From an uncultured bacterium (lineage in GTDB: Bacteria > Krumholzibacteriota > Krumholzibacteriia > Krumholzibacteriales > Krumholzibacteriaceae): 64,000 nucleotides of DNA. A program made the translations under genes and the position numbers. Location of the stretch: contig CAWBAN010000001.1 of NCBI GenBank assembly GCA_963786935.1, forward strand, positions 160,001-224,000. The letters run 5' to 3'. A model generated the notes under the pieces. It searched no databases. It saw nothing but the letters and a program-made list of their open reading frames with translations, and had not been told where the DNA came from. Within the stretch, counting starts at the first letter, position 1, and each line of letters starts with the position of its first letter. Positions 19,641 to 29,031 of this stretch are shown here, piece by piece.

Positions 19641-22600
19641 ATGAGCTCCGAGAGAAAGAACCGTCTCGGCTGGACTGTGGTGCTCTGCGCGATGTCCGTG
19701 CTTGTTCTGCTTGATGTATCGAACACGATTGCCCAGAAACGGGACAGGTCCGTCAATCCGGTCCTGATCGACAGGGAGACCGAGTCGGCGCCGACGCAGA
19801 ATTCCGTGGTCGGCGTCTGCCAATCGGACGATGCGGGCCTGTCCACGCCGGAACCGCTCGAGGCGACCCTGAGCGTGGCCGAGGTGGACGCGATGACACG
19901 CCTCGCCGTTCAGCGGGGCGGCGGGCTCGATGCGGTCGTCGAGGCGGGGGACTGGGTCGTCATCAAGGTCAACATTTTGCAGCTCCCCGGCGGCGCCCCT
20001 CAGGAGTGGGGCTGGTCGCACATAGGCACCGAAACGGACCTTCGGGTCGTGAGAAGCGTGATCCTGCAGCTGATCGAGCAGGGACGGGCGAGCCGCATCA
20101 CCGTGGCGGAGGGAAAAGCCTGGAAGAAGCTCGGTATGCCGGGCACGCCTGAAAGCCAGACGTACGACGGCTGGACGTATCACTGGGCCGACTATGGCGG
20201 CCTTTCCTACGAGGACATGCTCGCCGAGCTCGATCTCGCGACGCCGACAATCAAGGTCGACTACGTCGATCTCGACTACCCGCCCCACACGGCGAATGTA
20301 CCCGTGCCCGGCGGCGGAATCTCCATGGCGGCCTATACAGTCCCGGACGCCATCCTGAACTGCGACAAGATCATCGGAATCGCCCCGATGAAGACGCACG
20401 CGCTCACGAGGATAACCGGCGTCAACAAGCTCTACGTGGGAACCTCCCCGGCGAGCGTCTACAACACCGGCTACTGGAACCATATGGGAATCCCGCACTA
20501 CAACGCGGGAGGCGCCCCGAACGCGATCGAGCGGACGATCTCCGATCTCGTCTCCTATCATCCCGCCGACTTCGGCATCGTCGAAGGCATCTGGGGCACG
20601 GAAGGGGAAGGTCCGCAGGGCGGGAGCGCGATCAAGAGAAACGTCATCCTCGCGAGCAGCGATCCCGTGGCCGTCGACGCGGCAACCGCATATTCGATGG
20701 GGTTCAATCCATGGGACATCGATCATCTGCACTACTGCCATAACAAGGGCTTCGGGATCAACAATCTCGACTATATCACCGTCAGCGGCCCGTCCCTCGA
20801 CGACATACGGCACGACTTCGTCAAGCCGGCGCGCGGCCCCGGATACTACCAGGGCCGCGGCAACCGTACCTGGCTCGTCAACGGTCCTCACGACGGCACC
20901 GATATCGATCAGGATTATCTCGGTGGCCTGGAAGCGACCGTATCTCCGGTCGAAGGAGACGTGACCGAGGAGAAAACTTGGACGAAGTTTTCCGATATCG
21001 ACGACTACATGGACCTCGCGGCGCAGTACGGGGCGCCCGCCAGCTGTGTCACGTACGCCTTCACCCGGATCATCGCGAAGGAGGAAACGACGGCACGGCT
21101 CCGTTTCGGCGCCGACGACGGGATCAAGATATGGCTCAACGGTAGCCCGATCTACACGAACGGGAGCACCGGCGGTTGGTCGCTCGTTCAGCAGGATATC
21201 TCCATCACCCTGCAGCAGGGCGTGAACCGGCTCCTCGTCAAGATCAAGAACACGACCGGCAACTACGGGTTCAGCATGTTCGTGTGCGAGCCGGACGGCG
21301 ACACGCCGATGGGAATCAGGTACTCGACGCTCGCCGCCGATGCGCCGGAGATTACTCTCAATGCGCCCGGGAACAACGCGACGACGACGAACGACCAGGT
21401 GATCCTGAGCGCGTCGGTGTCCTCTCCGGACGGATCTCCGCTGACCGTGAGATTCTTCGGGGACGCCGTTGACGCGTCCACGCTCCTCGAGGAGAAGACG
21501 GCGGTGCCGAGCGGCACGACCGTCTCGCACACCTGGAGCGCCCATCCGATGAACGTCGACGCGAACACGATCGCCTTGTGGCATTTCGACGAAGGCACGG
21601 GGAACATCGTGTACGACGAATCGCCGAACCACAACGACGGAACGCTCGTCAACGGCGCGTCGTGGACGACGGGCAGGTTCGGCTCGGCCCTGCACTTCAA
21701 CGGAACGAACCAGTACGTCCGCGTGCCCGACGCGGCGAGTCTGAATCCCACGTCCCAGATCACGATCGAGCTGTGGACGTACCGGGAAGACAACAGGTCG
21801 TGGAGCAAATTGATGGCGAAGCCGTACGGTTTGAACTTGTGGCCGGCTCCGCTCTACGTCACGTACGGTCTCGCGATGCAGACGAGGGGTGGGGACGTCG
21901 GGAACCTCGTCGAGTTTCCGATCAGCATAAACAGCCAGCCTATCGGCATGGCGCCGGACGGCAACGGGTATGTCATCATTCCAACGCTCGAGTGGCACTA
22001 CATCGCGGTCACGTTCGACGGCGTGCATCACCGTATCTATGTCGACGGCGTGCTCGACAGGGAGCAGGACATCCCGGGAACGCCTCCCTGGACGATCGAT
22101 CCCGGAGCCACGCCACGCAGCGATCTTTTCATCGGCTCGGCGGATCCGGATATTCCGAGCGTCGGCGGCTACTATCTCGGGAGCCTCGACGAGGTGAGGA
22201 TCTCGAACAGGGCCCGGACAGCCCAGGAAATATCGAATGCGTACCAGTTTGCCGCGGGCAACCGACTGACTCCGGGGGACTATGTGTGGAAAGTCATGGC
22301 GGACAACGGCACGAAGACGAGCGTCTCGGAGACGAGGCATTTCACCGCCGAGGATCCAGCGCCCGATCTCGAGCCGCCGGTCGTCACGCAGAACTATCCT
22401 GAGAACGGATTTACGACGACCGACGAGCCGGTCGAGCTGAGTGCAACGGTGGATGATCCCGAGGGGAACAAGATGACCGTCCGGTTCTACGGAGGCACGA
22501 GCCCCGATCCGTCGACGCTCCTGTACGAGGTCTCGAACGTCACCGATCCGTCCGATGTAGCGTACGTGTGGAACCGGCTGGCGCAGGAATTGAGCGTGGA

Positions 22601-25600
22601 GCCCCCTTACACGGCCTCTCTGTGGCACTTCAACGAGGGATCCGGCACGACGACGGGGGACGCAAGCGCGAACGGCAACGGAGGGAGCATATCCGGCGCG
22701 ACGTGGACGACGGGGCGATTCGGGGCGGGACTGGATTTCGACGGGACAAATGACTACGTGCAGGTCGCCGATGCGGCGAGCCTCGACATCACGGGCGATT
22801 TGACCCTCGAGGCCTGGATCTATCCGCGAGCGCTCACGACCGACCGCCTGATCCTTACCAAGCGGGACGACGGCGGAACCTGCAACTATCAAATGTATCT
22901 CAACAGCGATAACGAGGGGCTCTCGTTCTACGCGGGGGGAGCGACGGAGTATCAGTCCAGTCTCGTTCCCACCCTGAATGAATGGAATTACGTCGCTGTC
23001 GTCCGTTCGGGCGCAACGCTTACCTTCTATCTGAACAGCCAGACGCAGACGATGGCGGGGCCGGGGAGCCTCACGGCAAACGATCAGCCGTTGCAGATCG
23101 GGAGCAGGTCGCTCGGCTCTATACCTGAAGCGTTTAACGGGCTCATCGACGAGGCCCGCGTCACGAACCGCGCCTTGGCGCCGGCGGAAATTGCCCTGGA
23201 TTACTCGAGCGATCTCGCGCCGGGCACCTACTACTGGAAGGTGACGGCGAACGACGGGACGAACGAGGGCGTGTCCGGTATCCGGTATTTCGAGATACTT
23301 CCGAATCAGGCGCCCGTGGTCGCGCTCAACTATCCCGACGACGGGTCGAGCACGACGGCCAAGTCCGTCGAGCTCAGCGCCACCGCCGACGATCCGGAAG
23401 GCGATCCGATGACGGTGTCGTTCTACGGAGACAAGGACATGAACCCGCCGACGACGCTTCTATATCAAGCGTCGGGTTTCTCCGATCCTTCGACGGTGAC
23501 CTACGTGTGGGGCCGCGCCCCCCAGGAGCTTCCGGTGAATGCCAACACCACCGCTCTGTGGCATTTCAGCGAGAACACCGGGCTGACGACGGCGGATGCG
23601 ACGGTCAACGGCAACAACGGCACACTCGGCACTCTCACGAACGCGCCGACGTGGACGACGGGGCGTTTCGGAGCGGGGCTGAGCTTCGACGGGTCAAACG
23701 ACTACGTTCTCGTGAACGACGCTTCGAGCCTCGACATCCCCGGCGAGCTGACGCTCGAGGCATGGATCAAGCCGACTGCGCTCACCTATTACCACGTCAT
23801 CGTCGCGAAGCGGGACGCGGGAGCGGGCTGCAACTATCAGATGTCGATCAGCGGGACAGGGGGCGCGGAGGTGCTCGCCTTCTACAATGGCATCACGGAG
23901 TACCGGTCGACGCTCGTTCCGACGGTGGGGCAGTGGAACTACGTGGCGGTAGTGCAGACGGCGGGCACGCTGACGTTCTATCTGAACGGCCAGACGCAGA
24001 CGATGACGGGCCCCGTGAGCCTCACGGTGAACGATCAGCCCGTGCAGATCGGGGGCAGGTCGCTCGGCACGATCCCCGAGGCCTTCAACGGGACGATCGA
24101 CGAGGTCAGGATCACGAACCGCGCGCTGACACCGTCCGAAATAGCGTCCGATTACTCGGCCGAGCTCGCGGAGGGGCGGTACTATTGGAAGGTCACGGCC
24201 GCTGACGCCGATAACACCGCCGCATCAGCGGTTCGTTACTTCGACGTGATCGGGGACGTTCTCCCGCCCGTGATCACGATGACGAGTCCGGCCCAGGGAT
24301 ATACGACCTACGCGAAATCAGTGGGGCTCAGCGCGACGGTCAGCGACCCCGAGGGGAGCCCGATGACCGTGTGGCTCTACGGGGACTCGAACCCCGATCC
24401 GACGACGCTCCTCTCTCAGTGGTCCGACGTTTCCAGCCCCACCGACGTGACGTACGTCTGGGGCGCCGCGGCCCATGAGCTGAGCGTCGAGCCGGGATCC
24501 ACGGCGGGCCTGTGGCATCTCAACGAGGGGGGCGGCGCTACTGCCGCGGATGCCACGACGAACGGCAACACGGGAATCGTCTCCGGCGCCGGCTGGACGA
24601 TAGGCAGGTTCGGCTCCGCGCTCACGTTCGACGGCGTCGACGACTACCTCGAAATGCTCGATAGCCCGAGCCTCGACATCACCGGCGCGGTGACGATCGA
24701 GGCATGGGTGCGGTTCGAGACGATTCAATCGGACTGGAGAGTCATCGCGGGGAAGGTGAACACGACCCTGAACCAGTCGAACTATCACCTGAGCAAGTCG
24801 GCCGATCACAAGTTCAACTTCGGATTCAACGAGAACGGCACGTCGGGCGGCTGGCACGGGTATTCCTCCAAGCTGACCGCCGCCGCCGGGCAGTGGTACT
24901 ACGTCGCCGCCACGTACAGCGACGCCGCCAATGAAGTCCGGATCTATGTCAACGGCGTGCGAGATACGCTGTACGCGTGCCCCTATTCGATGATCACGAA
25001 CGACCTGCCTCTGAGGATTGGGCGGAACAACAACGGGCTGGAGGTGCTTAACGCCGCGATCGACGAGATCCGGATCATGAACCGCGCGCTGACGCAGCAG
25101 GAGGTGGCGGCCAACTACTCCTCCGAGCTCGCCGAGGGCCGCCACTACTGGAAGGTGGTCGCGTACGACGGCAAGCATACCACGAGCTCCACCCGGTACT
25201 TCGACATACTCGGCGACGTCCTTCCGCCGGTGATTACGCTCGACGATCCCCCCGAGGGATATTCCACCACGGCGAATTCCGTTTCGCTCGAAGCCACGGT
25301 CGACGATCCCGAGGGGAGCCCGATGACGGTGTGGTTCTACGGAGACAAAGGCTTGAACCCGCCGACGACGCTTCTCTATCAGCAGGCCGGAGTCGCCGAT
25401 CCCTCGACGCTCTCGCACCTGTGGGAGTATGCGACCCAGGAACTCGGCGTCGAGGTCCCGGCCACGGCCGCTCTGTGGCATTTCAGCGAGAACACCGGGC
25501 TGACGACGGCGGATGCGACGGTCAACGGCAACAACGGCACACTCGGCACTCTCACGAACGCGCCGACGTGGACGACGGGGCGTTTCGGAGCGGGGCTGAG

Positions 25601-27743
25601 CTTCGACGGGTCAAACGACTACGTTCTCGTGAACGACGCTTCGAGCCTCGACATCCCCGGCGAGCTGACGCTCGAGGCATGGATCAAGCCGACTGCGCTC
25701 ACCTATTACCACGTCATCGTCGCGAAGCGGGACGCGGGAGCGGGCTGCAACTATCAGATGTCGATCAGCGGGACAGGGGGCGCGGAGGTGCTCGCCTTCT
25801 ACAATGGCATCACGGAGTACCGGTCGACGCTCGTTCCGACGGTGGGGCAGTGGAACTACGTGGCGGTGGTGCAGACGGCGGGCACGCTGACGTTCTACCT
25901 GAACGGGCAGGCGCAGACGATGGCGGGCCCCGTGAGCCTCACGGTGAACGATCAGCCCGTGCAGATCGGGGGCAGGTCGGTTGGCAGCACGTCCGAGCTC
26001 TTCAATGGGACGATCGACGAGGTGCGGATCACGAACCGGGCGCTGACTCCCGCGGAGATCGCGGCGAGCCGGTCCGCTCCATTGTCCGAGGGCCGCTACT
26101 ACTGGACCGTGAAGGCGAGCGACGGCAAGCACGACGGGACGACCGTGGTCAGCTTCTTCGACATCGTGATCCGGCCGGATATCCCCGTGCTCGGCGCTCC
26201 GCCCGATCTCGCCCCGATAACCGACAACACTCCGACCTTCACGTGGAGCGCCACGGCGGGTTCGGGCGGGACCTACACGCTGGAGTATGCGCTGGATGCC
26301 GGGTTCATGAACGTGGTGAAGACGATCAGCGGCGTCAGTGCAAATACCTACACCGTTCCCGATCCCGACGCTCTGGCGGACAACACCTATTTCTGGCACG
26401 TTCAGGCGATTGACCAGTGGAGCAATCCGAGCGGGTACCAGACGGTGCCGTTCTCATTCACCGTGGACGCGGTGGCGCCGGGCTCGCCGGAGGACTTCGC
26501 TGTCGCGCCGGGGCACGAGAAGTGCAAGCTGAGCTGGACGAATCCCGGCGCTCCGGACTTCGCGGGCGTGATGATCCGCCGTAATCCCTGGAACGCCGGT
26601 GCATATCCCGAGTTTGAGGGCACGCCCGTCGGCTACCCCGCCGGCCCTACGGATGGCGAGGAGGTCTATATAGGCGCGGCGGAGTCCTTCGAGGATGCCG
26701 GTATACCCCGGAATGTGTACTACTACACCATCTTTTCCTTCGATGGCGCCGGCAACTACTCCGCCGCCGTCCCGGCGGTGCAAGGCCGGGCCACGAGCTA
26801 CTGGCTGGGCGATGTCGACGCCGACGGGTATGTGCGGTCAGAGGATGTGGTGACCTTCTCGAGCGCGTTCGGTTCGTACGAAGGCGGTTCCGGCTGGAAC
26901 AATGTCTGCGACTTCGGACCGAGCGACGACAATTCGAGATTCGGCATTCCGCGCCCGGACGATGTGGTCGATTTCGAGGATCTCATAATCCTGGCGATGA
27001 ACTACGGTAACGTCGAGCCGCTGAGCCTGGAACGTCTCGCTGCGGGAAGTGCGGCGGCCGTCGAGGATCTCGAACGTCTGGTGGGCTTCGAGATTGTGCC
27101 GGCCGGCGCTGATGCAGTTTCGATTGTTCTCAGGAACAAGGCCGCGACTCTCAAGGGTGTTCGTCTCGCGGTCGAGGTTGTCGGTGGGGAGCTCACGAGG
27201 GTTGATCGCGGCTCGCTCTTCGCGGGGCATTCGGATCTTTTCTTCGGCTCGATACGCAAAGGAGGCGCGGCAGTCGATGTCTGCGCAGCCGCTCTCGGTG
27301 CCGGGGCGCCGCTGGAGGTCTCCGGCGAGATCGCGCGCCTGGTGATCAAAGCCACGGGCACGGAAGCCGCCGTCGTACGGATCAAGAGCATCGATCTCCG
27401 CGATGTGGACAACGAGAAGACCGAGCTCGCGGGCGAAGGGGAGTACGAGAAGCCGTTCGTGCCGACGACGACGGCGCTCATGCAGAACTTCCCGAATCCG
27501 TTCAATCCGTCGACCACCCTCACTTTCGACATGGCGCAGGCGGGACCGGTGACAATCCAGATCTACGACGTGTCGGGTCGTCTCATCCGGACGCTCGCGA
27601 ATGAGCGGAGGGATGCGGGACGGCACAGCGTCGAGTGGAACGGAATGGATGCGAACGGGTCTTCGGTACCGAGCGGCATCTACTTCTACCGGATGAAGGC
27701 ATCAGGCTTCGAGGCCACGAAGAAGATGATTCTCGTACGGTAA
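19641..27743 (+). CDS. Giant secreted modular protein: DUF362, PA14-like, 5x LamG-like modules, Ig/Fn3, dockerin-like, cohesin-like, FlgD-Ig/T9SS-like CTD
   Basis: Signal peptide; VVIKVNI..ETDLRVV..ITVAEG..MKTHA..EGEGP..SSDPVAVDA; GADDGIKIWLNG; five ALWHF..FDG..IDE.RI.NRAL units; GDVDADGYV..VDFEDL; CTD ending KKMILVR; GGAGG RBS. Confidence 0.85.
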   Translation: MSSERKNRLGWTVVLCAMSVLVLLDVSNTIAQKRDRSVNPVLIDRETESAPTQNSVVGVCQSDDAGLSTPEPLEATLSVAEVDAMTRLAVQRGGGLDAVVEAGDWVVIKVNILQLPGGAPQEWGWSHIGTETDLRVVRSVILQLIEQGRASRITVAEGKAWKKLGMPGTPESQTYDGWTYHWADYGGLSYEDMLAELDLATPTIKVDYVDLDYPPHTANVPVPGGGISMAAYTVPDAILNCDKIIGIAPMKTHALTRITGVNKLYVGTSPASVYNTGYWNHMGIPHYNAGGAPNAIERTISDLVSYHPADFGIVEGIWGTEGEGPQGGSAIKRNVILASSDPVAVDAATAYSMGFNPWDIDHLHYCHNKGFGINNLDYITVSGPSLDDIRHDFVKPARGPGYYQGRGNRTWLVNGPHDGTDIDQDYLGGLEATVSPVEGDVTEEKTWTKFSDIDDYMDLAAQYGAPASCVTYAFTRIIAKEETTARLRFGADDGIKIWLNGSPIYTNGSTGGWSLVQQDISITLQQGVNRLLVKIKNTTGNYGFSMFVCEPDGDTPMGIRYSTLAADAPEITLNAPGNNATTTNDQVILSASVSSPDGSPLTVRFFGDAVDASTLLEEKTAVPSGTTVSHTWSAHPMNVDANTIALWHFDEGTGNIVYDESPNHNDGTLVNGASWTTGRFGSALHFNGTNQYVRVPDAASLNPTSQITIELWTYREDNRSWSKLMAKPYGLNLWPAPLYVTYGLAMQTRGGDVGNLVEFPISINSQPIGMAPDGNGYVIIPTLEWHYIAVTFDGVHHRIYVDGVLDREQDIPGTPPWTIDPGATPRSDLFIGSADPDIPSVGGYYLGSLDEVRISNRARTAQEISNAYQFAAGNRLTPGDYVWKVMADNGTKTSVSETRHFTAEDPAPDLEPPVVTQNYPENGFTTTDEPVELSATVDDPEGNKMTVRFYGGTSPDPSTLLYEVSNVTDPSDVAYVWNRLAQELSVEPPYTASLWHFNEGSGTTTGDASANGNGGSISGATWTTGRFGAGLDFDGTNDYVQVADAASLDITGDLTLEAWIYPRALTTDRLILTKRDDGGTCNYQMYLNSDNEGLSFYAGGATEYQSSLVPTLNEWNYVAVVRSGATLTFYLNSQTQTMAGPGSLTANDQPLQIGSRSLGSIPEAFNGLIDEARVTNRALAPAEIALDYSSDLAPGTYYWKVTANDGTNEGVSGIRYFEILPNQAPVVALNYPDDGSSTTAKSVELSATADDPEGDPMTVSFYGDKDMNPPTTLLYQASGFSDPSTVTYVWGRAPQELPVNANTTALWHFSENTGLTTADATVNGNNGTLGTLTNAPTWTTGRFGAGLSFDGSNDYVLVNDASSLDIPGELTLEAWIKPTALTYYHVIVAKRDAGAGCNYQMSISGTGGAEVLAFYNGITEYRSTLVPTVGQWNYVAVVQTAGTLTFYLNGQTQTMTGPVSLTVNDQPVQIGGRSLGTIPEAFNGTIDEVRITNRALTPSEIASDYSAELAEGRYYWKVTAADADNTAASAVRYFDVIGDVLPPVITMTSPAQGYTTYAKSVGLSATVSDPEGSPMTVWLYGDSNPDPTTLLSQWSDVSSPTDVTYVWGAAAHELSVEPGSTAGLWHLNEGGGATAADATTNGNTGIVSGAGWTIGRFGSALTFDGVDDYLEMLDSPSLDITGAVTIEAWVRFETIQSDWRVIAGKVNTTLNQSNYHLSKSADHKFNFGFNENGTSGGWHGYSSKLTAAAGQWYYVAATYSDAANEVRIYVNGVRDTLYACPYSMITNDLPLRIGRNNNGLEVLNAAIDEIRIMNRALTQQEVAANYSSELAEGRHYWKVVAYDGKHTTSSTRYFDILGDVLPPVITLDDPPEGYSTTANSVSLEATVDDPEGSPMTVWFYGDKGLNPPTTLLYQQAGVADPSTLSHLWEYATQELGVEVPATAALWHFSENTGLTTADATVNGNNGTLGTLTNAPTWTTGRFGAGLSFDGSNDYVLVNDASSLDIPGELTLEAWIKPTALTYYHVIVAKRDAGAGCNYQMSISGTGGAEVLAFYNGITEYRSTLVPTVGQWNYVAVVQTAGTLTFYLNGQAQTMAGPVSLTVNDQPVQIGGRSVGSTSELFNGTIDEVRITNRALTPAEIAASRSAPLSEGRYYWTVKASDGKHDGTTVVSFFDIVIRPDIPVLGAPPDLAPITDNTPTFTWSATAGSGGTYTLEYALDAGFMNVVKTISGVSANTYTVPDPDALADNTYFWHVQAIDQWSNPSGYQTVPFSFTVDAVAPGSPEDFAVAPGHEKCKLSWTNPGAPDFAGVMIRRNPWNAGAYPEFEGTPVGYPAGPTDGEEVYIGAAESFEDAGIPRNVYYYTIFSFDGAGNYSAAVPAVQGRATSYWLGDVDADGYVRSEDVVTFSSAFGSYEGGSGWNNVCDFGPSDDNSRFGIPRPDDVVDFEDLIILAMNYGNVEPLSLERLAAGSAAAVEDLERLVGFEIVPAGADAVSIVLRNKAATLKGVRLAVEVVGGELTRVDRGSLFAGHSDLFFGSIRKGGAAVDVCAAALGAGAPLEVSGEIARLVIKATGTEAAVVRIKSIDLRDVDNEKTELAGEGEYEKPFVPTTTALMQNFPNPFNPSTTLTFDMAQAGPVTIQIYDVSGRLIRTLANERRDAGRHSVEWNGMDANGSSVPSGIYFYRMKASGFEATKKMILVR
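23551..23950 (+). repeat. Intragenic direct repeat copy 1 (LamG module 3)
   Basis: Reads base-for-base identical to 25468-25867 by eye; near-identity continues about 110 nt further. Confidence 0.9.
25468..25867 (+). repeat. Intragenic direct repeat copy 2 (LamG module 5)
   Basis: Identical to 23551-23950, offset 1917 nt (in frame). Confidence 0.9.
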
Positions 27744-27758
27744 TTTGAGGGAATGGGA

Positions 27759-27788
27759 TGCGGGAGGCGCGACGGCGCGCCTCCCGCA
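27759..27788 (+). promoter_or_regulatory. Intercistronic stem-loop, copy 2
   Basis: TGCGGGAGGCGCG-ACGG-CGCGCCTCCCGCA; same stem as 17229-17257, different loop. Confidence 0.8.
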
Positions 27789-27817
27789 GTTCCCGATTCT
27801 CTCATGGAGGCAGCTTT

Positions 27818-28672
27818 ATGAGCACCTGCAAGGCGGCGCGCGCCGTTTCGTGCGTTCTTCTCATGTCCGTGGCTCTGGTCGCCTCGAGCTTATGGGGGCC
27901 GGCGGGCGCCGGGGTGGGGTCTTTTCCGGCGTCGAACCCGACGGTGAGCTTCGTCTCGCCCGCGCACTGCGTTGAGCCGGAAGCTCTCTGCACGCTGCAG
28001 GTTGTGGTCGACGATGCGGTCGACTCCCTGAGCTGCATGGACCTCTCCATTGTATACAATCCGACGCTTGTTGAGTGCACGAGCGTGCTTGAGGGGAGAC
28101 TTTTCAAGCAAGCGGGATATCCGACCTTCTTCACGTGGGAGAAGGTGCCGCCGGATTCCGTGAACGCCGTCGATTGCCTTCTCGGTTACCAGAGCTTTTT
28201 CCGGCCGCCCGGCGAGATCGTGAGGTTCGTTTTCAAGGCGAAAGCGCCCGGGACCTGCCGCGTCTCTTTCGCGGCGATACGTCTGTGGGATATCGACCGG
28301 ATCGAGCTTTCGCCCGTCGCCGGGGCGCCTGTGGATATCGTCGTTTGTTCGTCGACCGGGAATGATGCCCCGATTCCTCCAGTCGGCGCGCTCCGCAATT
28401 ATCCCAATCCATTCAATCCATCGACCGTGCTTACGCTCTGCCTGCCCGGCGCGGATGGCCGGCCTGTGGAGTGCGCGGTCCTGCTCGATATTTTCTCCGT
28501 TTCGGGCGAAAAGGTGCGTACTCTCTTTGCGGGAACCTTGGTATCCGGCGCAAACGAGTTCGTCTGGGACGGAAGGGACGATCGGGGCGCCGTCGTCGCC
28601 GCCGGCGTGTATATCGGCGTCGCGCGGACCGAACTTGGCGTATTCAAGCACAAGATGATCGCAATTCGCTGA
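27818..28672 (+). CDS. Secreted protein with single Cys-rich cohesin-like domain and FlgD-Ig/T9SS-like CTD
   Basis: GGAGG RBS, signal peptide, clear paralog of 17290-18561 (LCTLQVVVDDAVDSLSCMD...IRLWDIDR), NYPNPFNPST CTD. Confidence 0.8.
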   Translation: MSTCKAARAVSCVLLMSVALVASSLWGPAGAGVGSFPASNPTVSFVSPAHCVEPEALCTLQVVVDDAVDSLSCMDLSIVYNPTLVECTSVLEGRLFKQAGYPTFFTWEKVPPDSVNAVDCLLGYQSFFRPPGEIVRFVFKAKAPGTCRVSFAAIRLWDIDRIELSPVAGAPVDIVVCSSTGNDAPIPPVGALRNYPNPFNPSTVLTLCLPGADGRPVECAVLLDIFSVSGEKVRTLFAGTLVSGANEFVWDGRDDRGAVVAAGVYIGVARTELGVFKHKMIAIR

Positions 28673-28685
28673 AGAAGAGAACGGC

Positions 28686-28847
28686 ATGCATGAGAAGCTG
28701 ACGGGTTTCTGCATCATGATGATCCTGATATCATTTGACCTTGAAGGCTGCGCATGCGATTCAATCTCCATGAACGGCTCGATCCTCGGTGACACGGTCG
28801 ATGGCCCCGGAACGCTCTTTCGGATATCCGTCAAAACGCCGTTGTGA
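28686..28847 (+). pseudogene. Small 53-aa ORF, possible cohesin-like gene remnant
   Basis: Hand translation MHEKLTGFCIMMILISFDLEGCACDSISMNGSILGDTVDGPGTLFRISVKTPL; second half resembles neighbouring cohesin-like strands. Confidence 0.35.
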
Positions 28848-29002
28848 TCATCGGGCCGCCCATCGCAACTGCGCGAAGTTCGTGGAGTAGGGTAAACACC
28901 CTGTATCAATGAGGTTGGCCATCGAGGGCCGAAATTGGTTAACCAATATGAATATAATCAGATGAGTAAATGTGAAAAAATGTTAGCAGCCCCACTTTGC
29001 TA

Positions 29003-29031
29003 TTGAAAATAACTCCGAACAGGAGTAAAAT
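29003..29031 (+). promoter_or_regulatory. Putative sigma70 promoter in AT-rich intergenic tract
   Basis: TTGAAA, 17 nt spacer, TAAAAT. Confidence 0.65.

Noticed and set aside
19581..22892. 1103-aa minus-strand ORF
   Set aside because: Antisense shadow of the 2700-aa modular gene
23551..25867. Repeat pair as a diversity-generating retroelement TR/VR
   Set aside because: Copies are identical and both in frame within one gene; no adenine-specific mismatches and no reverse transcriptase in the window
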